This document shows positions 9,835 to 18,967 of a stretch of DNA of 54,113 nt, one piece after another. A program made the translations under genes and the position numbers. Position 1 is the first letter of the stretch; the number at the start of each line of letters is the position of its first letter. The notes below the pieces were generated by a model that saw only the letters and a program-made list of their open reading frames with translations, had not been told where the DNA came from and did not search any database. This DNA comes from a virus (taxonomy: Duplodnaviria; Caudoviricetes). The stretch spans positions 1 to 54,113 of IMG/VR virus record IMGVR_UViG_3300042868_006771; one strand, 5' to 3'.

Positions 9835-11230
9835 CGTTCAACGATTATTTTTAGAAATGATGTTGGAAGATGCACAGAGTTATGTGCGTGTGCAGAACAT
9901 CTACAACCCGCAGAATTTTGACAAGAGTCTGCGACCTGCGGCCGAGTTCATAAAAGAACACAGTGACAAACACAAGACCTTGCCTGACCGTACGCAGATC
10001 TCTGCCACCACAGGCATTCGACTACAAGCAGTGCCTGACTTAAACGAAGGCCACTTTGATTGGTTCATGGGCGAATTCGAACAGTTTACCAAACGTCAAG
10101 AACTAGAACGTGCAATTCTCAAAGCCGCAGACATGCTGGAAAAGGGTGACTTTGAGCCTGTGGAGAAACTGATCAAAGATGCTGTACAAATATCGTTGAC
10201 CCGGGACATGGGCACAGACTATTTTGCAGATCCAGCAGGCCGTATCAACAAATATTTCAACTCAGGCGGACAAGTGTCAACCGGTTGGCCACAACTGGAT
10301 AGGTTGTTGTACGGTGGATTCAGTCGTGGTGAACTCAACATCTTTGCTGGTGGATCTGGTTCAGGTAAATCACTTGTGATGATGAACATTGCCTTGAACT
10401 GGTTGCAACAGGGGTTGAGCGGTGTGTACATCACACTGGAACTGAGTGAAGAACTAACAAGTTTGCGAACAGATGCTATGTTGACCAACATGAGTACCAA
10501 GGACATTCGCCGGGATATTGATACCACAGAACTCAAGGTCAAGTTAGTTGCAAAGAAGTCAGGCAACTATCAAGTCAAAGGATTACCAGCACAAAGCAAT
10601 ATCAACGACATACGTGCGTACTTGAAAGAGTATCAAATACAAACAGGCAAACGTGTGGACTTTGTGATGATTGATTACTTGGACTTGCTGATGCCTGTTA
10701 GTGCCAAAGTCAGTCCCAACGACTTGTTTGTCAAAGACAAATATGTTTCAGAAGAACTACGTAACCTGGCCAAGGAATTGGGCATACTCATGGTGACTGC
10801 AAGTCAGTTGAATCGATCGGCCGTGGAAGAAATTGAATTTGATCACAGTCACATCTCAGGTGGTATATCCAAAATTAACACAGCAGACAACGTGTTTGGT
10901 ATCTTTACTTCACGTGCCATGAAAGAGCGTGGCAAGTATCAGATACAGTGTATGAAGTCTCGGAGCTCGACCGGCGTTGGTCAAAAAATTGATTTGGAGT
11001 ACAACATTGAAACAATGCGCATTACTGACGAAGGCGGAGAAGATGGCGACACTTATTCAAAGAAGCCATCTGCATCCATTATGGACTCAATCAAAGCCCG
11101 CAGTCAAGTTAGCACGGCTAGTGGCGAGTCAGACACACCTCCATGGGACAGTACGGAGCCTGCCAAGGTCACAGCAGACGTTCAAAGTGCCAAACTAAAA
11201 CAACTATTAGGAAAGATCAAAACATCATGA
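9812..11230 (+). CDS. replicative DnaB/gp41-like helicase
   Basis: STGW..LD..LYGG, GGSGSGKS, ITLELSE, IDYLDL, TASQLNR; TTG start. Confidence 0.92.
   Translation: MLKEYGLDVQRLFLEMMLEDAQSYVRVQNIYNPQNFDKSLRPAAEFIKEHSDKHKTLPDRTQISATTGIRLQAVPDLNEGHFDWFMGEFEQFTKRQELERAILKAADMLEKGDFEPVEKLIKDAVQISLTRDMGTDYFADPAGRINKYFNSGGQVSTGWPQLDRLLYGGFSRGELNIFAGGSGSGKSLVMMNIALNWLQQGLSGVYITLELSEELTSLRTDAMLTNMSTKDIRRDIDTTELKVKLVAKKSGNYQVKGLPAQSNINDIRAYLKEYQIQTGKRVDFVMIDYLDLLMPVSAKVSPNDLFVKDKYVSEELRNLAKELGILMVTASQLNRSAVEEIEFDHSHISGGISKINTADNVFGIFTSRAMKERGKYQIQCMKSRSSTGVGQKIDLEYNIETMRITDEGGEDGDTYSKKPSASIMDSIKARSQVSTASGESDTPPWDSTEPAKVTADVQSAKLKQLLGKIKTS
11169..11223 (+). repeat. direct repeat copy 1 (helicase 3' end)
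   Basis: 55 nt, 51/55 identical to 12759-12813. Confidence 0.95.
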
Positions 11231-12036
11231 AAATTTATTTGGATTTTTTCAGTGGTAGCCATGGACATTTTTTAGAATATGTAATAAACACTTGGTTATT
11301 CAAAGGTCCTCGTGTTAAAAATATCTTTAATACCCTGGGAGCAAGTCATTGCATACGATCAAATTCAAAATATATGTCTAATCGTGTGGTAACAGCAAAA
11401 CATTATAGTGAATTTAATATTGATTCCGATACTCCTAACCAAGTTATTAGAATTTCTATTTTGAATGATTACGCTAAATGGATTTATCAAATTAATATAA
11501 TTGAACGTGCGGGGGATATACCAGCAGAGAAAAAAAACGAAGAAATATCCAATACAATAAAAAACATACCGCATGCGTTTAGAAACAACTGGTATTCTAA
11601 ATTGAACTTTGAAGAAAACGGGTATGCATACCCAGGTAACTGGCGTTGGCAAGAGATTCCTGCGTTTAATTTTCCTATGGAAAGTTTGTTTGATATCGAT
11701 GAATTTTATCATGTATTATACAAACTATCAAACTTTTTAAACACAACATTTGTTCCAGATCACAAATTAGCACTCCTGCTTGAAAGTTTTTTACTAAAAA
11801 ATCAAGGATGGCAATCTTATTGTAAATGTAAAACTATTGTGCATGAAACATTTAAGGGAAATAATATTGAGTTTAATAGCAATATTTGTGAACAAGCATT
11901 GATCAACAGTATGTTGACACAAACCATTGGGGTATTTGACGGAGCATTGTTTGACAGTGACAACTATCCTAGCAACACTTTTCAGTTATGGAATCAGATA
12001 GATCATCATTTGAAAACTTTTGATCAACGGTTTTAA
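11227..12036 (+). CDS. hypothetical protein, AT-rich cassette gene 1
   Basis: ATG overlaps the helicase stop; visibly AT-rich. Confidence 0.75.
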   Translation: MKIYLDFFSGSHGHFLEYVINTWLFKGPRVKNIFNTLGASHCIRSNSKYMSNRVVTAKHYSEFNIDSDTPNQVIRISILNDYAKWIYQINIIERAGDIPAEKKNEEISNTIKNIPHAFRNNWYSKLNFEENGYAYPGNWRWQEIPAFNFPMESLFDIDEFYHVLYKLSNFLNTTFVPDHKLALLLESFLLKNQGWQSYCKCKTIVHETFKGNNIEFNSNICEQALINSMLTQTIGVFDGALFDSDNYPSNTFQLWNQIDHHLKTFDQRF

Positions 12037-12037
12037 T

Positions 12038-12742
12038 ATGAATAAAATTTTTTGTTTTGGGGATGGATTTGCAACCGGTCATATCTGGCCTGAATGGCCT
12101 CAAATTTTACAAGCATTGGCACCGCAATATCAAGTGATCAATACAGCAGGAATTGGTGCTGGCTCTGAATTTTTAGTGTCAGGATTTGTTGATCTAATAA
12201 AAGACATGCAAGACAATATTGTAATTTTTCAATGGCCATATACCGAAAGATTTGATAAAATGTTACAAGATGATTCTTGGCAATCAACTATAAGCAATGA
12301 TCCAGTGTATCATTTTAATGTCAACACTGATCTTGGCAATCGGTCATGGTGGTTGAGCAGTGCAAGTACCAACCAAGAAATAAAAAATTATCATACGCGG
12401 TTGGTACAGTCTCAACAACATGCTCGTAGGCAACAAGTTTATCAAACATTGGTATCGCACACTTGCAACAACGTAAATTGTCGTATAATTCATACTAGCA
12501 CGGTAGAGCAGGACAACTTTAGTCGTAGTACAAGATTTAAATCAACTCGACAGAATCAAGTACAGCCATCACCAATTGTGCATTTTTATTGGTTAATTGA
12601 AGAAATTCTTCCGCATGTCGATATTGTTATTGATCGTCAACGACAAAAAACATTAGAAACAATCATCAATCAAATCACATGGACACCGTATGATCCTGAT
12701 CGAGAAGACACTTGGTCACAGATAAAAAATCAATTGATTTAA
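12038..12742 (+). CDS. SGNH/GDSL-like protein, AT-rich cassette gene 2
   Basis: N-terminal IFCFGDGFATG...WP.IL...VIN..G.G resembles GDSL blocks I-II, but Ser is replaced by Gly. Confidence 0.5.
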   Translation: MNKIFCFGDGFATGHIWPEWPQILQALAPQYQVINTAGIGAGSEFLVSGFVDLIKDMQDNIVIFQWPYTERFDKMLQDDSWQSTISNDPVYHFNVNTDLGNRSWWLSSASTNQEIKNYHTRLVQSQQHARRQQVYQTLVSHTCNNVNCRIIHTSTVEQDNFSRSTRFKSTRQNQVQPSPIVHFYWLIEEILPHVDIVIDRQRQKTLETIINQITWTPYDPDREDTWSQIKNQLI

Positions 12743-12758
12743 AAAGTTAAAGTACTAA

Positions 12759-12820
12759 TCACAGCAGACGTTCAAAGCGCCAAACTAAAACAACTGTTGG
12801 GCAAGATCAAAACTGGTTAA
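12759..12820 (+). repeat. direct repeat copy 2, orphaned helicase 3' end
   Basis: encodes TADVQSAKLKQLLGKIKTG*; the stop overlaps the convergent gene's stop. Confidence 0.95.
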
Positions 12821-14190
12821 GCCGCAGTAATCACAGCAGTCCAAGTTGTTGAACCGTTGATATTGACATACATGCGATTGTTTGTGGTTGAGCCATCGGT
12901 GCGCAAATACAGCGATCCTTGAGCAGCACTCAATGTGGGTACATCAGATCCAAAAAACACCCCAAGATTGGTGGTGCTTGATAATTTGTAACCAGCACCA
13001 GTTGCGCCACCTGCAGGAACAGCAGTACCTGACAGTATGGTAGCATTGCCCACAGCAGATATCACAGCACCTGACAACACGTTGCCACCAGTGACGTTGC
13101 CCACGGCAGATATTGTGGTGCCAGCTGCAATGCTTGAACTAGCATTGAGCGCAGATATTATGTTGCCACTCAGGCTCAATGCTGTGGTGTTTACATTACC
13201 GGTGATGACATTGCCACCTGTGATGTTGCCAGTAACTACTAATCCTTGTTCAACATTTACTCCATCTTCTATTGTGACAAAACTTGAATCATCAGATCTA
13301 ATATTATTGGTTACAATCCTTGGTGTAGTAACCACAGTGACCGCAGTAATATTGCCACCTGTGATATTACTAGTAGCGCTGACTATTCCGCCTGTTAATA
13401 TATTGCCACCTACCACATTACCACCTACCACATTACCCACAGCAGTCACAGTGTTTACAGAGATATCAGTCAGTGTGACATTACCAAATATATCTCCATT
13501 GACATATAAATTGCCCTGAATGCCCACACCGCCGGCCACAGTCAGTGCACCGGACACAGAACTGTTACTCACAGTGTTGGCAGCAATGTTCACACCATTT
13601 GTGTAGTAATTCAACGGACGATTAAAATCAACGATTGTGATGGCATTGCCAGCGTTGGTGGTTGAGAATCCAAACTCATAAGTGCCGGTGTTGGCAAATG
13701 TGATCACATTGCTGGCATATCCTTGTATGCCAACAATGCCGTTGCTGACTGTGTTGGGCAAAGTCAATGTGCGTCCCACTTGATCCACAGTGATTTGCGT
13801 GCGCACCACACCAAGGGTGCCGGCAGTGGGCCAAGTGTTTGATGTAAAACTCAACGCAATGTTGCCAGCCATGTTGATGCTTTGATAAGGCCCAGCACTG
13901 CAATCTATTGTGATTGTGCCCGAAGTGTTGGCAATGGCCACAACTGTGCCCGAAATGCCTTTGACCAGAGCATTGTACACCACGTTGTTGCCAAGATTGT
14001 TGTCCAGGGTGGTGCCTGTGAGTGCAGCCTTGAGCACAACCTTGTTCTGCAGGTCAGTTATTTCATCTGCAGCATATTGAAAATTTGTTCGAGTATTGGT
14101 GAAGTTGTCACGCATGCCCTGAGTGTTGTTGCTCACCCCTGCAATGGGATAATTACCGTCGATATCAGCGGGATTGATTTGGCTAGTCAT
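12817..14190 (-). CDS. tail fibre-like structural protein
   Basis: G/N/T/V-rich with repeated GN(I/V)(T/V)GGN units; RDNF N-terminal motif; C-terminal GSLYLRTDG; TAAATA upstream. Confidence 0.7.
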   Translation of the reverse strand: MTSQINPADIDGNYPIAGVSNNTQGMRDNFTNTRTNFQYAADEITDLQNKVVLKAALTGTTLDNNLGNNVVYNALVKGISGTVVAIANTSGTITIDCSAGPYQSINMAGNIALSFTSNTWPTAGTLGVVRTQITVDQVGRTLTLPNTVSNGIVGIQGYASNVITFANTGTYEFGFSTTNAGNAITIVDFNRPLNYYTNGVNIAANTVSNSSVSGALTVAGGVGIQGNLYVNGDIFGNVTLTDISVNTVTAVGNVVGGNVVGGNILTGGIVSATSNITGGNITAVTVVTTPRIVTNNIRSDDSSFVTIEDGVNVEQGLVVTGNITGGNVITGNVNTTALSLSGNIISALNASSSIAAGTTISAVGNVTGGNVLSGAVISAVGNATILSGTAVPAGGATGAGYKLSSTTNLGVFFGSDVPTLSAAQGSLYLRTDGSTTNNRMYVNINGSTTWTAVITAA

Positions 14191-14209
14191 ACTGTTTCCT
14201 TGTATTAGA

Positions 14210-14239
14210 TATTTATTGCAAAGACGTTTCCACTAAATA
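14210..14239. promoter_or_regulatory. back-to-back putative late promoters (TAAATA)
   Basis: TATTTA 14210-14215 (minus) and TAAATA 14234-14239 (plus) between divergent structural operons. Confidence 0.55.
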
Positions 14240-14259
14240 ATCCAAAGGCCCTTGAGCAA

Positions 14260-14508
14260 ATGCAAAAGAAAACTAGAAGCATATTAGAAGAACTGGACAG
14301 CTTGTACATCGAACGTGATCGCAGAGCCATCATTGAAACTCGCGCCAGCAATCTAATAGAAACAGCCATTCGTTTGCTGGAACAAATTGACGCTGAATTT
14401 TCCGCTGAACAAGCAGAAAATCTTCAGCGCAAACTGCTGAATGCAATACGTCAAAGAGACACCAGCAAATTCTCACGGAGCGTCAGGAGAACCAATGCAG
14501 ATCTTTGA
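14260..14508 (+). CDS. hypothetical protein
   Basis: 82-aa helical ORF. Confidence 0.7.
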   Translation: MQKKTRSILEELDSLYIERDRRAIIETRASNLIETAIRLLEQIDAEFSAEQAENLQRKLLNAIRQRDTSKFSRSVRRTNADL

Positions 14509-15337
14509 AATCACTGCCAAAAAACCCATGCAAGAAGCCGGCTGGTTTTCTCGTGCCACAATTGGTGCGTTGGGCGACAAATTAGATGCTTACAATTTTG
14601 CCCAGGCTGGATTGACCAGACCAGAGGACACAGGCGGCAACAGGCGAGCCAAGGCTGCTGCTGCCGCAGATCCCTTGATCAATCAAATGGCCGCAGACGA
14701 ATTGACTCGATGGAATCAAACACTAACAAATGCCATGAAATCTTCTGGCGTGGATACTCCCGGTGCATTGCCCCCAGTTGTTAAACAATCACTGTCAGAC
14801 AATTTTATGAGTCGTGTTTATGGATATTTCCTAGACAACAAGTTGGGCAATGATCCTGCTCAACTGCCTAAATATGTAGATAACGAAGCACAATCTGAAG
14901 CAAGTATTCAATTGTCTCGATTAAACAGCAGTATTCAGGCTATTCTAAATTTTAATTCACCTTCTTCTACTGCACAAGGGCAATTCCAACAATGGCGAAA
15001 TCTTTCCAAAGTCACATATGATATAAGGTCATTGATGCAGTTTAATTCTGTCAACAAACAGGCCATGCAAAGAATGCCAACGATTGTGGTGGGACCAGGT
15101 GCAACAGGCAGTGTAAAAATTGGCAATACCACATTGAATACCACACCAATACATATTGCAATGGCCAAAATAATTAGATCATTCATGCCAACCCCTACCA
15201 GTCGTGAGCCAGTTATCAACGTAGATGCTGCGGGAGATGTTATAATAAACGGTACCCGACTGAATGGTGCAGCAGACCCAGTACAAGATGAATTAATAAA
15301 GATTATTACCGCAGAATTAAAAAAATTAAACCCATGA
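14495..15337 (+). CDS. putative internal head protein
   Basis: RBS AGGAG; N-terminus MQIFEI. Confidence 0.55.
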   Translation: MQIFEITAKKPMQEAGWFSRATIGALGDKLDAYNFAQAGLTRPEDTGGNRRAKAAAAADPLINQMAADELTRWNQTLTNAMKSSGVDTPGALPPVVKQSLSDNFMSRVYGYFLDNKLGNDPAQLPKYVDNEAQSEASIQLSRLNSSIQAILNFNSPSSTAQGQFQQWRNLSKVTYDIRSLMQFNSVNKQAMQRMPTIVVGPGATGSVKIGNTTLNTTPIHIAMAKIIRSFMPTPTSREPVINVDAAGDVIINGTRLNGAADPVQDELIKIITAELKKLNP

Positions 15338-17250
15338 AAACTCTACGCACACTACTAGAAGGCGGCAATGTGTTCAAGGATGCAGAAGGCAATCCACTCA
15401 CTGGTCGAATCAATCAAAGCGATGTTCCGGCCACTGTGGCCTGGCTTGAACAACTCACCGGCATAGAATTCCCACGTGAACGTTGGCTGGGGTCAACTGG
15501 CAAAGCGCCTACATCAGGAGACATGGACTTGGCAGTGGATGCCAACCAAGTATCAAAAGAGCAATTGGCCGCCAAACTAACACAATGGATTGTGAGCCAC
15601 AAACTGCCTCCAGCAGAGTGGATCAAAAAGGGCGGAGAAGTACACCTGCGCACACCCATACAAGGACGTCCTGACTTGGGCTATGTACAAACAGACTTCA
15701 TGTTCTTTCCCAACTTGGACTGGGGCACATTCTACTACAATCAAGGCGCAGGGTCAGCATACAAAGGCATGAACCGTGCTGTGTTGATGAGCAGTATTGC
15801 CAAACACTACGGACTCAAACTGGGTGCCAATGGCATGTTCAGTAGAACCAGCAATGAATTGTTGACCATGGATCCTGACGAAGCAGCACGTATGATTCTT
15901 GGATCACGAGCCACAAGAGACAATCTCAGCACAGTGGAAACTATATTTGCTGCCTTGGCCAAGGACAAAGACCGAGAAGCCAAGATCAAAGACTTCCGTG
16001 AGTACTTGACCAAAGAAGGTCTACAACAACCTGATGCGGTGACAGAAGATGCAGACACTTACTTCTTGGCACGACTGCGTGATAGAATTGTGAACCAAGG
16101 CATGCAGCCCTTGGTAGAACGTGAAGCAGCCAATCCCTATCAAATTTATGAAGCCGACGAAGGCAATGTGGGTGGTAGAGCCAAGGGCATTGAACACCTG
16201 GAAGATCTGGTGTTTCGCAAAGGATCACGTGGTGCTGCAGAAGCATTGAGCATTCTTGACCAGGCTGCTGCCAGTCCAGGAACCACAACCAGTGTGAAAT
16301 GGGACGGCATGCCTGCTGTGTACTTTGGTCGCAAACCTGACACCGGTGAGTTTGTGCTCACAGATGGATCTGGGTTTGAAGCCAAGGGCTATGACGGCCT
16401 GGCCACAAGTCCCCGAATGATGGCTGATATACAAAACACACGAACAGGGGATAGATCTGCGCTGATACAAACTTACGCTAGATTGTTTCCTGTACTAGAA
16501 GCAGCATTGCCTGCCAACTTTCGTGGTTATGTACAAGGTGATTTGTTGTATCAGACCACACCTCCACTAGAAGCCGGCAACTATGTGTTCAAACCCAACA
16601 CAGTGCAATATCGCATTCCTGCAAAAAGCTCACTGGGTCAACGCATTGGCAACAGCGAAATTGGCATTGCCATGCACACCATGTACTCTGATGCAGGTGA
16701 CCCCAAGCAACCATTGCGGCGAGTGAAGTTCAACGACGTTCCGGGCCTGTTGTTGATTGAGCCTATCTTTGCCAAAGAAATGGTGCCAAACACAGATCTT
16801 GCAAAACAAATCAAAGCACTGGTGCGAGACAAAGGTGCTGCAATTGACATCTTGTTCAACCCTGCTGAACTAAAAAGACAACAACTCACAGATCTAGCAA
16901 AACTGTGTGTGGACTACATCAACTTCAGAATCAAACAACCTGGGGGCAACTTTGACAACTTGCTGTCAGGGTTTGGTGACTGGCTGCAGACCAAGGTAAC
17001 TCCACGCAAATTTGCCAACATTGTGGAATACCTACAGAGCCCTACTTCAAACACAGAAGGCTTGGCAGCGGCATTTACCTTGTTTTTGTTGTTGCACGAC
17101 TTGAAGTTGGATGTACTGCGTCAACTGGATTTGAAAGATCCTGGACACGAAGGTTGGGTCATGGCCACCCCTGCAGGCTACAGCAAAGCGGTAAATAGAT
17201 TTGACTTTACAGCAAGAAATGCGGCTAGAAACAATCCACAACAGGCATAA
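15334..17250 (+). CDS. Pol-beta-type nucleotidyltransferase / ATP-dependent ligase-like fusion protein
   Basis: LGSTG...SGDMDLAVD and VQTDF in the N-half; KWDG, QGDLL, EGWV, SKAV in the C-half. Confidence 0.6.
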   Translation: MKTLRTLLEGGNVFKDAEGNPLTGRINQSDVPATVAWLEQLTGIEFPRERWLGSTGKAPTSGDMDLAVDANQVSKEQLAAKLTQWIVSHKLPPAEWIKKGGEVHLRTPIQGRPDLGYVQTDFMFFPNLDWGTFYYNQGAGSAYKGMNRAVLMSSIAKHYGLKLGANGMFSRTSNELLTMDPDEAARMILGSRATRDNLSTVETIFAALAKDKDREAKIKDFREYLTKEGLQQPDAVTEDADTYFLARLRDRIVNQGMQPLVEREAANPYQIYEADEGNVGGRAKGIEHLEDLVFRKGSRGAAEALSILDQAAASPGTTTSVKWDGMPAVYFGRKPDTGEFVLTDGSGFEAKGYDGLATSPRMMADIQNTRTGDRSALIQTYARLFPVLEAALPANFRGYVQGDLLYQTTPPLEAGNYVFKPNTVQYRIPAKSSLGQRIGNSEIGIAMHTMYSDAGDPKQPLRRVKFNDVPGLLLIEPIFAKEMVPNTDLAKQIKALVRDKGAAIDILFNPAELKRQQLTDLAKLCVDYINFRIKQPGGNFDNLLSGFGDWLQTKVTPRKFANIVEYLQSPTSNTEGLAAAFTLFLLLHDLKLDVLRQLDLKDPGHEGWVMATPAGYSKAVNRFDFTARNAARNNPQQA

Positions 17251-17263
17251 TTTTTACCGATTG

Positions 17264-17271
17264 TATAAATA
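17264..17271 (+). promoter_or_regulatory. T4-type late promoter TATAAATA
   Basis: exact gp55 consensus upstream of a strong RBS (AAGGA). Confidence 0.75.
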
Positions 17272-17315
17272 AAAGCAGGTCCACTGAGACCACTTAACTT
17301 TAAAGGAAATTTATC

Positions 17316-17744
17316 ATGGCACAGTTTACAAAAACAAACGGAACCACACAACCAGTATTTGCACTGGACGTGGCCAACGGTTCAATCTCTGGAACAGCAA
17401 ACGTTGCGGCCCAAGGCCCAGTGATGTTGTCTGGCCCACAACTACAATTCTTCACACTCACAGCAAACGCTGCACTTACCAATGCTGGTAACGTCAACGG
17501 TTACTTGAACAATGTGTTGCAAGCAGTTCAATCAGGTGCTGGCTTGACAGTTCCTGGCGGTACAGTTGCTTTCTATCAAGCAGGTGCCACAGCCGGTACT
17601 ATCAACTTGGCTATCTACCCAGCTGGTGGTTACACAACTGCTCAGTTGGTTGCTGCTGCTCAAACAGCCAACGCCACAGGCGGCTTGAACATTGGTATTC
17701 CAACTGCCAACGTTGCTGCCAGCGCAACATTCACTAACCTGTAA
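17316..17744 (+). CDS. small Ala/Thr/Gly-rich virion protein
   Basis: own late promoter, RBS and terminator; composition of a structural/decoration protein. Confidence 0.65.
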   Translation: MAQFTKTNGTTQPVFALDVANGSISGTANVAAQGPVMLSGPQLQFFTLTANAALTNAGNVNGYLNNVLQAVQSGAGLTVPGGTVAFYQAGATAGTINLAIYPAGGYTTAQLVAAAQTANATGGLNIGIPTANVAASATFTNL

Positions 17745-17761
17745 TCAGTTCGGTCTCAACC

Positions 17762-17796
17762 AAACCCTGGACGTAAAAAATCCAGGGTTTCCTTTT
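17762..17796 (+). terminator. Rho-independent terminator
   Basis: aaaccctgga...tccagggttt then cctttt. Confidence 0.75.
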
Positions 17797-17815
17797 GGCG
17801 TTAAATATGCACATA

Positions 17816-18259
17816 ATGAAAGTCTTGTGCCGCACCCTTTTTGATTGTACCTTTACTGGTGTCACAGGACATCTCCGCCCACAGCAGTTACCATTTACCA
17901 CAAAGACAGGCCTGGTGATCGATACCGCCGAACAATGGAACCGCAGCCGTAATCAGCAACGCAACTGGGAGAGTTTGTTGCAAATAATGAGCCTGCGAAC
18001 ACAGCCCATGAATGTTGTGCCACCTACAAAACACACTGATGGCTGGCATTTTGAATTTGATGTTGAATCTGAAGGTGTGCTTGGCAGCAACTTTGGCAGT
18101 GATGAGTTAGATGGACTTGTTGGTGATTGTGAAGGTGTGCCCATGGTCACAGGCCTAGACGAAGCAGAAGCAGTCACCGCTACCTTGCATGCTCAAGGAA
18201 CCAATCAAAACATTTGGTTCAGCGCCATAAATACGCCATTGGAGCCTGACCATGGTTGA
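17816..18259 (+). CDS. hypothetical protein
   Basis: ORF after TAAATA at 17802. Confidence 0.7.
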   Translation: MKVLCRTLFDCTFTGVTGHLRPQQLPFTTKTGLVIDTAEQWNRSRNQQRNWESLLQIMSLRTQPMNVVPPTKHTDGWHFEFDVESEGVLGSNFGSDELDGLVGDCEGVPMVTGLDEAEAVTATLHAQGTNQNIWFSAINTPLEPDHG

Positions 18260-18518
18260 TACCACTGACATTGAAAAGAAAAGTCTCGAAGCCCACGTTG
18301 AGCTGTGTGCAGAACGTTACCGTATGCTGGAACTCAAGATAGAAACAGTGGAAAATGAAATCTCTGAAGTCAAAAGCATGGTGTCAGAAGTGCATGACAT
18401 TGTGCGCCGAATGGGCGAAAAACGCAACGATCAAATTATTGCCTGGGGCATTGGCATCATCGGCACACTGTTGGCTGTGGTAGGATGGCTCACAGCTCAC
18501 TACATTCGAACACTATGA
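18252..18518 (+). CDS. coiled-coil protein with C-terminal membrane anchor
   Basis: heptad region followed by IIAWGIGIIGTLLAVVGWL. Confidence 0.65.
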   Translation: MVDTTDIEKKSLEAHVELCAERYRMLELKIETVENEISEVKSMVSEVHDIVRRMGEKRNDQIIAWGIGIIGTLLAVVGWLTAHYIRTL

Positions 18519-18967
18519 CCCGTGAACAAAAATTAGAACGCTTTGCCGAGCGTGAACTCAAACGTGTGTACACTGAACTCATCATTGACGATGAACATGG
18601 TGGCTATGTGGCATTTGGACGTTATCATTTAAAACCTGAGTCTGCAGGCTTTGCTGTGTATCACAGTGATGATCTTGTGAGCATGTTCAGCAGTAAAAAG
18701 ACTGCTATGTCATGGTGCGTGGCAGATCACTTGCAACAATATAAATTAGCACAAAACATCCGTATACTAGACAACAAAAAACAATCACTTACGTCTGACA
18801 TCCACTGCCGTAGTGGACAAGCAGAACACAGTACACGCCCTGAGTTCCGTGAAATAGTGCGCACCAAACTTGCACCCAAAATTGAGAACCTTACACTGCT
18901 GAATCAAGAACTTGAAAAATGTTTAAATTCGGCTAAATATCTACAACTAAGAGGATTTGCCAAATGA
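18515..18967 (+). CDS. hypothetical protein
   Basis: coupled ORF. Confidence 0.7.
   Translation: MTREQKLERFAERELKRVYTELIIDDEHGGYVAFGRYHLKPESAGFAVYHSDDLVSMFSSKKTAMSWCVADHLQQYKLAQNIRILDNKKQSLTSDIHCRSGQAEHSTRPEFREIVRTKLAPKIENLTLLNQELEKCLNSAKYLQLRGFAK

Noticed and set aside
11169-12820. DGR template/variable repeat or IS target-site duplication
   Set aside because: There is no reverse transcriptase or transposase, and the differences are synonymous third-position changes, including a T/C
13037-13519. Antisense ORFs in the track (for example 13037-13519, 32864-33667, 38271-38843)
   Set aside because: They are shadow frames of well-supported opposite-strand genes, with no RBS or motifs
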